A DNA stretch of 64,000 bases from a virus: positions 1-64,000 of IMG/VR virus record IMGVR_UViG_3300008113_000033; one strand, 5' to 3'. Numbering within the stretch: position 1 is the stretch's first letter; every line of letters begins with the position of its first letter. The position numbers and the translations under genes are program-made. The notes below the pieces were generated by a model that saw only the letters and a list, made by a program, of their open reading frames with translations, did not search any database and had not been told where the DNA came from. Below, piece after piece: positions 39,405 through 48,163 of this stretch.

Positions 39405-39796
39405 AAAAATCTGAACTTAGAGAACTTATTGCTTTAGAAATAAAAAAAGCTAAAAAAGATTATGATGGAGATGGTAACATAGAATCTTCCCAAGATGAAT
39501 ATATGGGTTCTCGTGATAAAGCAATCAAAAAGGCAATGTCTAATGAAGATTTAGATGTAGGCCATCAAGATGATGAACCAGGAATGCTTAAAAATGATTT
39601 AGCTAGAGCTGCTAAAATGGCAGCTATGTTATATAAAAAAGTAGATGCTTACGATAAGATAGGTGGTGAAGTAGATTTTCCACAATGGTGGCAAGAAAAA
39701 ATAATCAAAGCAAAGGGTTATTTACAAAGTGCATTTGATTATTTAGATGGAGAAGAAATGGTAGCCCAAATAGATAATATGAATCAACCTAAATAA
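39401..39796 (+). CDS. Putative internal head protein with DxDxDG loop
   Basis: [14 protein letters not shown] leader; DYDGDGNIE; FPQWWQEKI. Confidence 0.7.
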   Translation: MKKSELRELIALEIKKAKKDYDGDGNIESSQDEYMGSRDKAIKKAMSNEDLDVGHQDDEPGMLKNDLARAAKMAAMLYKKVDAYDKIGGEVDFPQWWQEKIIKAKGYLQSAFDYLDGEEMVAQIDNMNQPK

Positions 39797-40053
39797 TGAT
39801 TAAATTAGTTAATATATTAAGTGAAGTATCAGAGGTATCACCTCCATACATGTATTCTCCAGTAGGATTTGGATGTCATGTATGTAAATTCTATTATAAA
39901 CAAGATGATAAACATATGTGTGCAAGCACAGATTATCAAGAATATATGGGTACTTCTGAATTAGTTGATAATGATGGAAATCAAATAAAAGATCCTTCTA
40001 AATGGTGCTCTAATTGGTTCTTACCAAAACAAGAAGAAAATGGATCAGAATAA
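39796..40053 (+). CDS. Small 4-Cys protein, HiPIP-like motif
   Basis: CHVCKFY...C...KWCSNW. Confidence 0.55.
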   Translation: MIKLVNILSEVSEVSPPYMYSPVGFGCHVCKFYYKQDDKHMCASTDYQEYMGTSELVDNDGNQIKDPSKWCSNWFLPKQEENGSE

Positions 40054-41590
40054 AATAAAATCTATAGTTGAAAGTGTTATAATGGAAAAAAAGCTTTGTC
40101 CTAAGGGTAAAGCTTATTATAATCGTCGTATAGCTGCGGGTGAAGTACCATCTGCTTATTTATCAGGCCGTGCAGTTAAAGTGTGTAAAGGATTAATGGA
40201 AGGAGATGAAGAAACAGTTGAATGTGAAAACTGTGGTTGGGAATGGAATTTAGAAGACGGCGGTAAAGAACCATTTCTTTGTCATAAATGCGGACATGAT
40301 AATACTGAAAAATATGATATGAACGAATCGCTACGTGATTGGTTTAAAAAGGAAGATTGGGTTCGTATCGATACACAAGGTAATATAACTGGTCCTTGTG
40401 GTACAATGAAAAAAGGACAAGCAACAACTCGTTGTTTACCTCGTGCTAAAGCAAATTCATTAACAAAAGCTGAACGTGCTGCTACTGCTCGTAAAAAAGC
40501 AGCTGCTGATCGTAAAGGCGATCGCGTTGTTCCAAATACAGATAAAGCTAAAGTACGTTTAGAAAGTAAATCTCCACTATTATGGATTCCTATTTTACAA
40601 GCCGAAAACGAGGAAATAGAACGTACAGCAGATGAATTAGGTCTACCATATGATGTAGTATATAATTCATTCGCAAGTGGTAAAGAAGTCACATTAACTG
40701 ATGAAATGTGGAGTCGTTTAGAAAACACTGACTCATACGATATAAATTCTGAGGAAGAAGCGATTGAATTGGCGCAATATTACGGTAAAGATATTCAAAG
40801 CATATTAGCCGCTGAAAAAACACCTCCCGCGTTGATTCTCCAATATTCTCCAAATAAATATTATTTAGTAGGTGGTAATACTCGTTTAATGGTTGCTAGA
40901 GCAAAAGGTATAAACCCACAAGTAATTTTAGCTACAATTGAACCTTCAAACAAATATGCATACCAAGATGTAAATGATATTGGAGCAGATTTAAATGAAG
41001 ATTGTGGATGTGATGGTCCTAAATTAATATTAAAAGAAATTAAAAATTTACCTGTATTATCTGAAGGATTAAAACACCATATCAAAGAAGGATTACCATT
41101 AATTCATAATATCTACAGACCATTATCTAAAAAATATTTTGAATTATTCCGTGAAGCACGTGAATTATATAATAATGGATTAATTTCAGTATCTGAAGAC
41201 GATATTGAATTATTAGAATCAAATATTGGTGAGATTGATATCTACGAAGGTGTAAATGTACCCTTAGATTATCCAATATCTGAAGAAGAATTATTAGCTG
41301 AAGCAGTAAAAGCAGGTAAGAAAGTAGCAATTGGAAAACCAAAACGTGGTGGATCTAAAAAATTCTATGTTTATGTCCGTAAACCAGGTGGTGGAGTTAA
41401 AAAAGTATCATTTGGTGATACAACTGGATTACGTGCTAAGTTGAATAATCCACAAGCACGTCGTGCATTTGCTGCTCGTCATGATTGCAAAAATAAAAAA
41501 GATAGAACTAAAGCATCTTATTGGTCATGTCGTTTACCTCGATATGCTAAATTATTAGGATTTAAAACAACATTTAGTGGATTTTGGTAA
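40040..41590 (+). CDS. Mosaic multidomain protein (Zn ribbon, basic phage domains, ParB/sulfiredoxin-like domain)
   Basis: CENCG..CHKCG; LRDWFKKEDWV; PPALI..YYLVGGNTRL; KKVSFGD..ARRAFAARHDC..YWSCR. Confidence 0.7.
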   Translation: MDQNKIKSIVESVIMEKKLCPKGKAYYNRRIAAGEVPSAYLSGRAVKVCKGLMEGDEETVECENCGWEWNLEDGGKEPFLCHKCGHDNTEKYDMNESLRDWFKKEDWVRIDTQGNITGPCGTMKKGQATTRCLPRAKANSLTKAERAATARKKAAADRKGDRVVPNTDKAKVRLESKSPLLWIPILQAENEEIERTADELGLPYDVVYNSFASGKEVTLTDEMWSRLENTDSYDINSEEEAIELAQYYGKDIQSILAAEKTPPALILQYSPNKYYLVGGNTRLMVARAKGINPQVILATIEPSNKYAYQDVNDIGADLNEDCGCDGPKLILKEIKNLPVLSEGLKHHIKEGLPLIHNIYRPLSKKYFELFREARELYNNGLISVSEDDIELLESNIGEIDIYEGVNVPLDYPISEEELLAEAVKAGKKVAIGKPKRGGSKKFYVYVRKPGGGVKKVSFGDTTGLRAKLNNPQARRAFAARHDCKNKKDRTKASYWSCRLPRYAKLLGFKTTFSGFW

Positions 41591-41846
41591 ACCATATACT
41601 GATTTAGAAATAACCGAAGAATATACTATTCGTGAGTTCGATGAGAATGTAGATCCCATCGAACTCCTTTGGCATCGCGATGATGAACATAGAACATTAT
41701 ATCTTCAGGGAGAAACTGATTGGAAAATTCAATTAGAGGATGAACTTCCTACTACGTTTAATCCTCCAATATTTATACCCAAACACAAATACCATCGTTT
41801 AATTAAAGGAACAGGTAAGTTACGACTAAAAATTTGTAAATTTTAA
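41577..41846 (+). CDS. Small cupin-like protein
   Basis: WHRDDEHR...IFIPKHKYHRLIKG. Confidence 0.6.
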   Translation: MDFGKPYTDLEITEEYTIREFDENVDPIELLWHRDDEHRTLYLQGETDWKIQLEDELPTTFNPPIFIPKHKYHRLIKGTGKLRLKICKF

Positions 41847-41850
41847 TGTT

Positions 41851-42480
41851 ATGATTACTAAATCAAATTTCTTTATTATCATTATATTGGTGTTGATCGG
41901 TGTGATTGTGGTTCAACAATGTACGTCTAATAATAGTACTGAAAATCCAATAATTAAGGTTGATGGTAAAAAATATGAACTACTAAAACATAAAATCGAT
42001 ACTGTTGTTGTAGATCATTATAAAACAAAATACATTAAAGGTTCAGATATATATCATGAAACTATAGTTGAAAAAGAAAAACGTGTTGAAGTACCTGTTT
42101 ATTTAAAAGGTGATACTATTAGAATAGTTCAAGATTATCATAAAAAAGTACTATATAAAGACAAATTAGTATTAGATAATGATTTAGGTTCAATTGAAGT
42201 AACAGATACTATATCAATGAATAAAATTATTGGACGTAAATGGAACGCTCAAATTAAAGAACGCACAATTACTGATACTAAAATAGTAAAAGAACTACCT
42301 AAAAATCAAGTATATATTGGCGTAGGTGGGGTTGTTGGTAATTCATTAGTATTAGCTGGTCCAACCTTATCACTGAAAACGAAAAAAGACAATATTTATG
42401 GTCTGAACGTATATGTTGACAACAATTTAAATAAATATATTGGGGTTAACTTAGCTTGGAAAATAAAACTAAAAAAATAA
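41851..42480 (+). CDS. Envelope protein, possible spanin-like (N-terminal TM/lipobox, C-terminal amphipathic beta strands)
   Basis: FFIIIILVLIGVIVVQQC; VYIGVGG...YIGVNLAWKIK. Confidence 0.5.
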   Translation: MITKSNFFIIIILVLIGVIVVQQCTSNNSTENPIIKVDGKKYELLKHKIDTVVVDHYKTKYIKGSDIYHETIVEKEKRVEVPVYLKGDTIRIVQDYHKKVLYKDKLVLDNDLGSIEVTDTISMNKIIGRKWNAQIKERTITDTKIVKELPKNQVYIGVGGVVGNSLVLAGPTLSLKTKKDNIYGLNVYVDNNLNKYIGVNLAWKIKLKK

Positions 42481-42923
42481 TGACTCAGAAAGAACAATTG
42501 CGTATCATGGTTAAACAAATGATCGCAGAAGCCGTTTCTCACCGTATCGCTCAAATCGATGAAGCTGGTGATATTGCAGCTAACGAAGCAAAAATGGTTC
42601 GTATTCAGCAAGAATATAAAAAAGCAGGTAGCGTAAAACAATTAATGGAAAAAGTTAACCTATCTCACTACATTGGCGAAAAACTATATGCTAAAGTAAT
42701 GGAAGAGATGGATAAATCAATAAATGAATATGAAGGTGCTCGATTGGAACTTGAGGAAAAAATGTCAGGAGGTAAAGACGCTGATAAAAAAGATAAAAAG
42801 AAAGGTGCTAAGTCTGACAAAAAAGACGAGAAGCCAGAGGAAAAAGATGAAGTTCTAGAAACTGAAAAAACAATTGCTGAAGAACCAGTTGTTGAATTAG
42901 AAATTGATGCAACTCAATTATAA
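42480..42923 (+). CDS. Putative internal head protein (start revised from 42456)
   Basis: TAATG coupling; MTQKEQLRIMVKQMIAE leader. Confidence 0.7.
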   Translation: MTQKEQLRIMVKQMIAEAVSHRIAQIDEAGDIAANEAKMVRIQQEYKKAGSVKQLMEKVNLSHYIGEKLYAKVMEEMDKSINEYEGARLELEEKMSGGKDADKKDKKKGAKSDKKDEKPEEKDEVLETEKTIAEEPVVELEIDATQL

Positions 42924-42925
42924 TA

Positions 42926-43390
42926 ATGACTAAAAAAGAATTAGCAGATAAAGTAAGAGCAGCAGCACAAAAGATTGCGGGAAATAATAATAAATTAGAA
43001 ACCCCAACTGCTGCTGCTTTTAAATATTCTCCAATGTTGGAGAAATTTCCTAAATTACAGGAAACATTAATTACATTAATGTCTCAAGACTTTACTGCAT
43101 TCGTTGAAAATATTGAATGGGTAGCACCTCGTCCTACTACATTTAAGGTTACATTAAAAAACTTTAACACATACCACCTAATTTGGACTGGTACTGAATT
43201 TACAGCTCGTGTAGCAGGTACCCAGTACAACTTAGCTAATTTAGGTGAAGAGCAACGTGCTATTAAAGCAATACAAGAATTGTTAATTACAGGCCCTATC
43301 AACCCAGATAAAGGTTCAGCTACACCATCTCAAAATCTAAATGCTGCTCCTGAAGAGGCGCCAGCTGAAGAAACACCTGCTGAAGCATAA
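42926..43390 (+). CDS. Conserved hypothetical late protein
   Basis: KFPKLQ..IEWVAPRPTTFKV; acidic tail. Confidence 0.75.
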   Translation: MTKKELADKVRAAAQKIAGNNNKLETPTAAAFKYSPMLEKFPKLQETLITLMSQDFTAFVENIEWVAPRPTTFKVTLKNFNTYHLIWTGTEFTARVAGTQYNLANLGEEQRAIKAIQELLITGPINPDKGSATPSQNLNAAPEEAPAEETPAEA

Positions 43391-44523
43391 TGAATGTTAT
43401 AACTAGATTTTTGGAGCATTATTCATTCCGTTTTCCTAAAGGATATCCAGATATGAATAATCTTGAGGATAAGGCTCTATTATATGAAATATTAGAGGAA
43501 TTAGATGTAGTTAATGAAAATTTTAGACCATTATCGTTTTTTGATTTAAAAAAACGTGGTGGGTTTAGATTTAAAATTGTTGCTGATAAAATAGCAAAAA
43601 AATCTCCATTTTCACTTAATCAAGGCAATCCAAAAACCCTTTCATTCATTGATCCAGAATATCAATCAGCATTCGAAAATGCGGATGATAATAAAATAAA
43701 ACAATTAGCTGGATCCAACGTTAATACATTCACATTTTTTGAAGATGAAGCGGGTGAAGAATATTCAATTCAAGATTTATCAAAAGATAAGGATTTCGGA
43801 GGTAAAGGAGCTGGATCAGGTACTGTAGTTGAAGATTCTAATTTAAGAGCATTAAATGATAAAATTCAATCATTAATTGAACAAAATGATGTTGAATCTA
43901 TTAGTGTTATTGTAAATGGTAAAAAGTTTGATAGTATTGTAGGGGCTAAAAGTCAATTTGGTACTCCTAAAGCTGATTTCAATTTAATAGATTCAGAAGA
44001 AAAACCAATAGTATTTATATCACATAAGAAAGCAGGTGGTAAAGGTGCTACAGCTGGGGATTTTATTAGATGGAGTGGTTATACAATGTATGCTGAACAC
44101 CCAGAAGTTAAAGCATTTAATGAAGCTTTAGTTAAGTTTTTACAAGATAATAATCTACAAGGATTACCTAATAAAACTAGATTTATTTCACCTATACAAG
44201 ATGGTGAATTAATTCAAAAATTAATTTATGGTCCTGATTATGGTGGAGCAAATAGTAAAGATAATGTAAACATTATTCTACAAGGTGAAATTGACTTAGT
44301 ACCTAAAGGAAATAACACATATGAGCTAACAGCACAACATGTTCAAGCTCCACCTAGTTTACCTGAAGATGAGTATCAACCATATTTATCATCATCATAT
44401 CGTGCTGATAGAGAAATGTTCGGAATACCAAACAATGAAGCTATAGTAATGACTAAAGCAGTATCAACTACAGCATCAAATGTATACGAACTTAAAAATG
44501 GAGAGTTTGTAAAAGTAAAATAA
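43390..44523 (+). CDS. Putative PD-(D/E)XK restriction-endonuclease-like protein
   Basis: E..., GTPKADF...VFISHKK catalytic-type motif. Confidence 0.6.
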   Translation: MNVITRFLEHYSFRFPKGYPDMNNLEDKALLYEILEELDVVNENFRPLSFFDLKKRGGFRFKIVADKIAKKSPFSLNQGNPKTLSFIDPEYQSAFENADDNKIKQLAGSNVNTFTFFEDEAGEEYSIQDLSKDKDFGGKGAGSGTVVEDSNLRALNDKIQSLIEQNDVESISVIVNGKKFDSIVGAKSQFGTPKADFNLIDSEEKPIVFISHKKAGGKGATAGDFIRWSGYTMYAEHPEVKAFNEALVKFLQDNNLQGLPNKTRFISPIQDGELIQKLIYGPDYGGANSKDNVNIILQGEIDLVPKGNNTYELTAQHVQAPPSLPEDEYQPYLSSSYRADREMFGIPNNEAIVMTKAVSTTASNVYELKNGEFVKVK

Positions 44524-44573
44524 CATTTAGAACGATTCATAGCCGTTCGACTTAATATTAAAAATGGATCTGT

Positions 44574-44601
44574 GGCCCAATCGAAAGATTGGGCCTTTCT
44601 T
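44574..44601 (+). terminator. Rho-independent terminator
   Basis: GGCCCAATC-GAAA-GATTGGGCC-TTTCTT. Confidence 0.8.
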
Positions 44602-44612
44602 AATTATATTTA
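44596..44612 (+). promoter_or_regulatory. Early-type promoter motif
   Basis: TTTCTTAATTATATTTA. Confidence 0.65.
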
Positions 44613-44632
44613 AAAGCAATTTAAAATTTATT

Positions 44633-45958
44633 ATGGACAAAAAAATTATAATAGTAGGTGCTGGAGTAGCGGGTATTAACGCTGCTACCAAATTAGTGGA
44701 TAATGGATATCCGGGTGAATTAATCACAATTATTGATAAAGGAAATGATCCACATAATCGTTTACCTGAAGAAGTAATGACAGGTATGTTAGGTGCTGGT
44801 GGATGGTCAGATGGTAAACTAACTTATCATACTGAAATCGGTGGTCAATTATCAAAATATTGTGGAGATGAGAAGGCAATGGAATTGATGAAACAAGTAG
44901 TAGATAATTTTACTCGTTTTCATCCAAAACCAGATGAAATATTTATGTCTGATCCAATTGCTGAGCCTGAATTTATCAAACCATATTTTGGATTACGTTT
45001 ATTTCCAGTATGGCATATTGGTTCAAATTATCTACATGAAATCGCTAAAGCGTGGTATTCATATTTAACTGATAAAGGTGTTACATTTAAATGGAATGCA
45101 GAAGTATCAGCTATTGATTTTAAAGCCGAATATATTGATATTAAAGATAGTTTAGAAGTAATATCATATGATGAATTAATATTTGCAGTAGGTAAATCAG
45201 GTATTGACTTTGCTCAATCATTATCCGACAAATATACATTACCTACAGAACCTAAATCAGTACAAATTGGTGTTCGATTTGAAGCACCACAAAAATATTT
45301 TCAAAAATTAATCGATATCAGCTATGATTTCAAACTTTATCAGAAATTCGATAACGTATCTCTTCGTAGTTTCTGCACTAACAATAACGCTGCTTATGTG
45401 GCCGTTGAGGAAACTTATGGTGATGTTACTTACAATGGTCATGCGAAAAAAGGGGAACAATTCCGGAACGATATGACTAACTTCGGTATCCTAATGGAAA
45501 TTAAGGGTATCGAAGATCCATTTGCTTGGAGTAGAGATGTAGTACAAACACTACAAAAACACGGAACTGGATTATATTATTCACCATCTAGAAAGCCATC
45601 TACTACATCTGAAGGCGCAACAGTATCAGCTGTACCAATTAGTTTAGATGCACTTGCTCATCAGGTTGAACCTGCACTTGATGGATATTTTAAATATGTT
45701 TGGGATTTTATTCAAGATATGAATAAAATATTTGAATTTGGAGATGATTGGGGAATGTATATCCCTGAAGTTAAGTACTTATCGCCTGAACCGTTAGTTA
45801 ATTACTATGATTTATCATTAAACGACTATCCTAATGTACATTTTGTAGGCGATGCGTTATCAGCTCGTGGAATTACAGTATCAGGTGCACATGGTATTTA
45901 TGTTGCTGAAAAATTGATTCAAAGAGATATATTAGAACAAATAACAGGAGTAGAGTAA
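44633..45958 (+). CDS. FAD-dependent oxidoreductase (COG2509-like; start revised from 44564)
   Basis: IIIVGAGVAG Rossmann motif, GAGGWSDGKL, AVGKSG, VQIGVRFE, RSFCTN, NGH, FVGDA..RGI. Confidence 0.85.
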   Translation: MDKKIIIVGAGVAGINAATKLVDNGYPGELITIIDKGNDPHNRLPEEVMTGMLGAGGWSDGKLTYHTEIGGQLSKYCGDEKAMELMKQVVDNFTRFHPKPDEIFMSDPIAEPEFIKPYFGLRLFPVWHIGSNYLHEIAKAWYSYLTDKGVTFKWNAEVSAIDFKAEYIDIKDSLEVISYDELIFAVGKSGIDFAQSLSDKYTLPTEPKSVQIGVRFEAPQKYFQKLIDISYDFKLYQKFDNVSLRSFCTNNNAAYVAVEETYGDVTYNGHAKKGEQFRNDMTNFGILMEIKGIEDPFAWSRDVVQTLQKHGTGLYYSPSRKPSTTSEGATVSAVPISLDALAHQVEPALDGYFKYVWDFIQDMNKIFEFGDDWGMYIPEVKYLSPEPLVNYYDLSLNDYPNVHFVGDALSARGITVSGAHGIYVAEKLIQRDILEQITGVE

Positions 45959-46004
45959 AATATTTGTTTCCTAATTATATTTATATTAAACAAACATTAA
46001 TATT

Positions 46005-46325
46005 ATGAAAACAGAAAGACGGGGTAGACCCAAAAATCGTGAAACGTTAATTACTGAAGGTGTGATCCAACCACAAAAACATAAATATACTCGTGAATTT
46101 AATCATGCAGATGGTACGAGAGATGTATGGACATACGATCTAGACAAAAACCCATCCGGACCTATATCGGTAGAATGTTTTTATCCTAAGGGATATAATC
46201 ATATTCTTGATTATACTCATAGAGATAATCATTGGATTCCTGTTGCTCATAGAACATACATTAATCCAAAGAATGGTAAAGAAGTTAGTCACAATAAAGC
46301 ATTAACATTAGGTTTAGCACGATGA
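46005..46325 (+). CDS. Hypothetical protein with N-terminal AT-hook-like motif
   Basis: ERRGRPKN; promoter motif at 45967-45983. Confidence 0.7.
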   Translation: MKTERRGRPKNRETLITEGVIQPQKHKYTREFNHADGTRDVWTYDLDKNPSGPISVECFYPKGYNHILDYTHRDNHWIPVAHRTYINPKNGKEVSHNKALTLGLAR

Positions 46326-46846
46326 AAATAGGTTTAGCAGGTACAATGTCTGTAGGTAAAACTACATTGGTTAAAGCATTATTAGAATTAGATGAGTTTA
46401 AGGATTATATTGGGTGTGTTGAACGATCTAAATATTTAAGTGATTTAGGTATCCCATTAAATACTGACTCTAGTGTTAAAGGTCAGTTGGTTTTCATTGC
46501 TGAGCGTGCGAGTGAATTATTTAATGATAATCTATTAACTGACAGAACAGTATATGATGTTTGCGCATTTACTAAAGAAGCTAAGTCGATTAAGTCTAAT
46601 GAAAAAGAGATATTATTTGACGCAGCTATGTTGTTGGCTAAGCAATACGATATTATTTTTTATGTATCGCCCGAAGGTGTAGAAATAGAAAATAATGGTA
46701 TTCGTGAAACGAATCCTGAATATCGGGATAGGATAGATAAATCTATTAAATGGTTTTTAAAAACATATCCTGCTAAACGTGTAGTTGAAATTAAAGGTAG
46801 TACTGATGAAAGAATTGCTATCATATTAAATGAGTTAAAAAAATAA
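46322..46846 (+). CDS. NadR/AAA_28-type P-loop nucleoside/nucleotide kinase
   Basis: IGLAGTMSVGKTT, TDRTVYD, YDIIFYV..ENNGIR. Confidence 0.8.
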   Translation: MKIGLAGTMSVGKTTLVKALLELDEFKDYIGCVERSKYLSDLGIPLNTDSSVKGQLVFIAERASELFNDNLLTDRTVYDVCAFTKEAKSIKSNEKEILFDAAMLLAKQYDIIFYVSPEGVEIENNGIRETNPEYRDRIDKSIKWFLKTYPAKRVVEIKGSTDERIAIILNELKK

Positions 46847-46887
46847 TAATATTTATAATAGACAATTTCTATTCAAAAAACAAAATA

Positions 46888-47814
46888 ATGGAAGATAAAT
46901 TAAAAGAAATAATTGATAAGATAGTACGTGAGGAAATTATGGGTGAGGGTAATAAATTATATACCTTAAAAAACCAAGCAGACGCTAATAAGGGTCTCCC
47001 AATAACTACTGACCCAGATGATGCAACAGAAAAATCACCAGCATTCACCCAAAAATATAAACCAGTTAGTGAAATGGCTCGTGCGGCTGAAGTAAAATAT
47101 TCATTAAAACCAGATTTCCGTTCTGATTTAACAGACGTACAAGGTAAATTATCAAAATCTGAATTTAGAAGTTTAGTTGATATTGTTAAAGTATTAAAAG
47201 ATAAAGGAGAAGCATTAACAGCAACAGATATTTTAAAGTTTCATAATGAAGCTAATCCTGATCGCCAATACGCATCACAACAAAGTTTTATCCGTCCATT
47301 GGTTATCGGAGCAATTGGAAAGAAAAAAATATCATATGATGAACTGCCGTTTAGTGCCTCACAAAAAGATGTGTCAACAGGATTTGAAAAAGCTACAGGT
47401 GTGGTTACTCCATCTCAAGACCGCGGTTCAAAATTCGGTCGTGATATTGAGTATACTGCTGCTACTCAAGCTAATCCAGATTACATGCTTCCTGCAGATC
47501 GTGCAGCATTGGCTGCCAAAACATTAGATTATAAACGTGCTCGTGAAGCATATCGTAAAGCCGATAATGCAGATGCTAAACAACAATATGTTGATAAAAT
47601 GCAATCTATGGTAGCTAATGATGATGAGTTAGGACAAGAAATTGCTCAACAATATGCTGATGGATTAATCCAAACACAAGATCCAGTTACTTTAGAATTA
47701 GCTAAAAAATTCCGTATTACTAAAAAGAAATATGGTATACCTAAAATTTCGGATAAAGAAACTAGAGATGCTGCTGCTATTGTAGGTGCTGAAGACGCTG
47801 AAGCAGAAGTATAA
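46888..47814 (+). CDS. Putative internal head protein
   Basis: MEDKLKEIIDKIVREEIMGE leader; late motif at 46849. Confidence 0.7.
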   Translation: MEDKLKEIIDKIVREEIMGEGNKLYTLKNQADANKGLPITTDPDDATEKSPAFTQKYKPVSEMARAAEVKYSLKPDFRSDLTDVQGKLSKSEFRSLVDIVKVLKDKGEALTATDILKFHNEANPDRQYASQQSFIRPLVIGAIGKKKISYDELPFSASQKDVSTGFEKATGVVTPSQDRGSKFGRDIEYTAATQANPDYMLPADRAALAAKTLDYKRAREAYRKADNADAKQQYVDKMQSMVANDDELGQEIAQQYADGLIQTQDPVTLELAKKFRITKKKYGIPKISDKETRDAAAIVGAEDAEAEV

Positions 47815-47842
47815 GATTTTTCATAATAATGTTTGTTTATTT

Positions 47843-47875
47843 AGAGAGTCCGCTTTTAGCGGACTTTTCTTTTTC
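47843..47875 (+). terminator. Rho-independent terminator
   Basis: AGAGAGTCCGC-TTTTA-GCGGACTTTTCT-TTTT. Confidence 0.75.
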
Positions 47876-47896
47876 TATATATTTATATACAAAACG

Positions 47897-48163
47897 ATGA
47901 AACAGGAATCTAATAATATTACTGATACATTTTTTACAAAATTAAAAGAGCAATCATTTACAATTATTCTTTTGGTTGGAATATTATATTATCAAAATGT
48001 GAATTTTAAGTCACAAATTGAAGAATATAAAAAAATGATTGATGATAAAGAAGCATTAGTTTTAAAATTAACTGAAGACGAACGACAAAGGTTATTAGAA
48101 CGAGAAAAATATCTACGTGAGCAACGTGATAAATTTATTGAAGATTTAATTAACAGAAAATGA
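47897..48163 (+). CDS. Holin-like single-TM coiled-coil protein (start revised from 47786)
   Basis: QSFTIILLVGILYYQ followed by a charged coiled coil; late motif at 47879. Confidence 0.55.
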   Translation: MKQESNNITDTFFTKLKEQSFTIILLVGILYYQNVNFKSQIEEYKKMIDDKEALVLKLTEDERQRLLEREKYLREQRDKFIEDLINRK

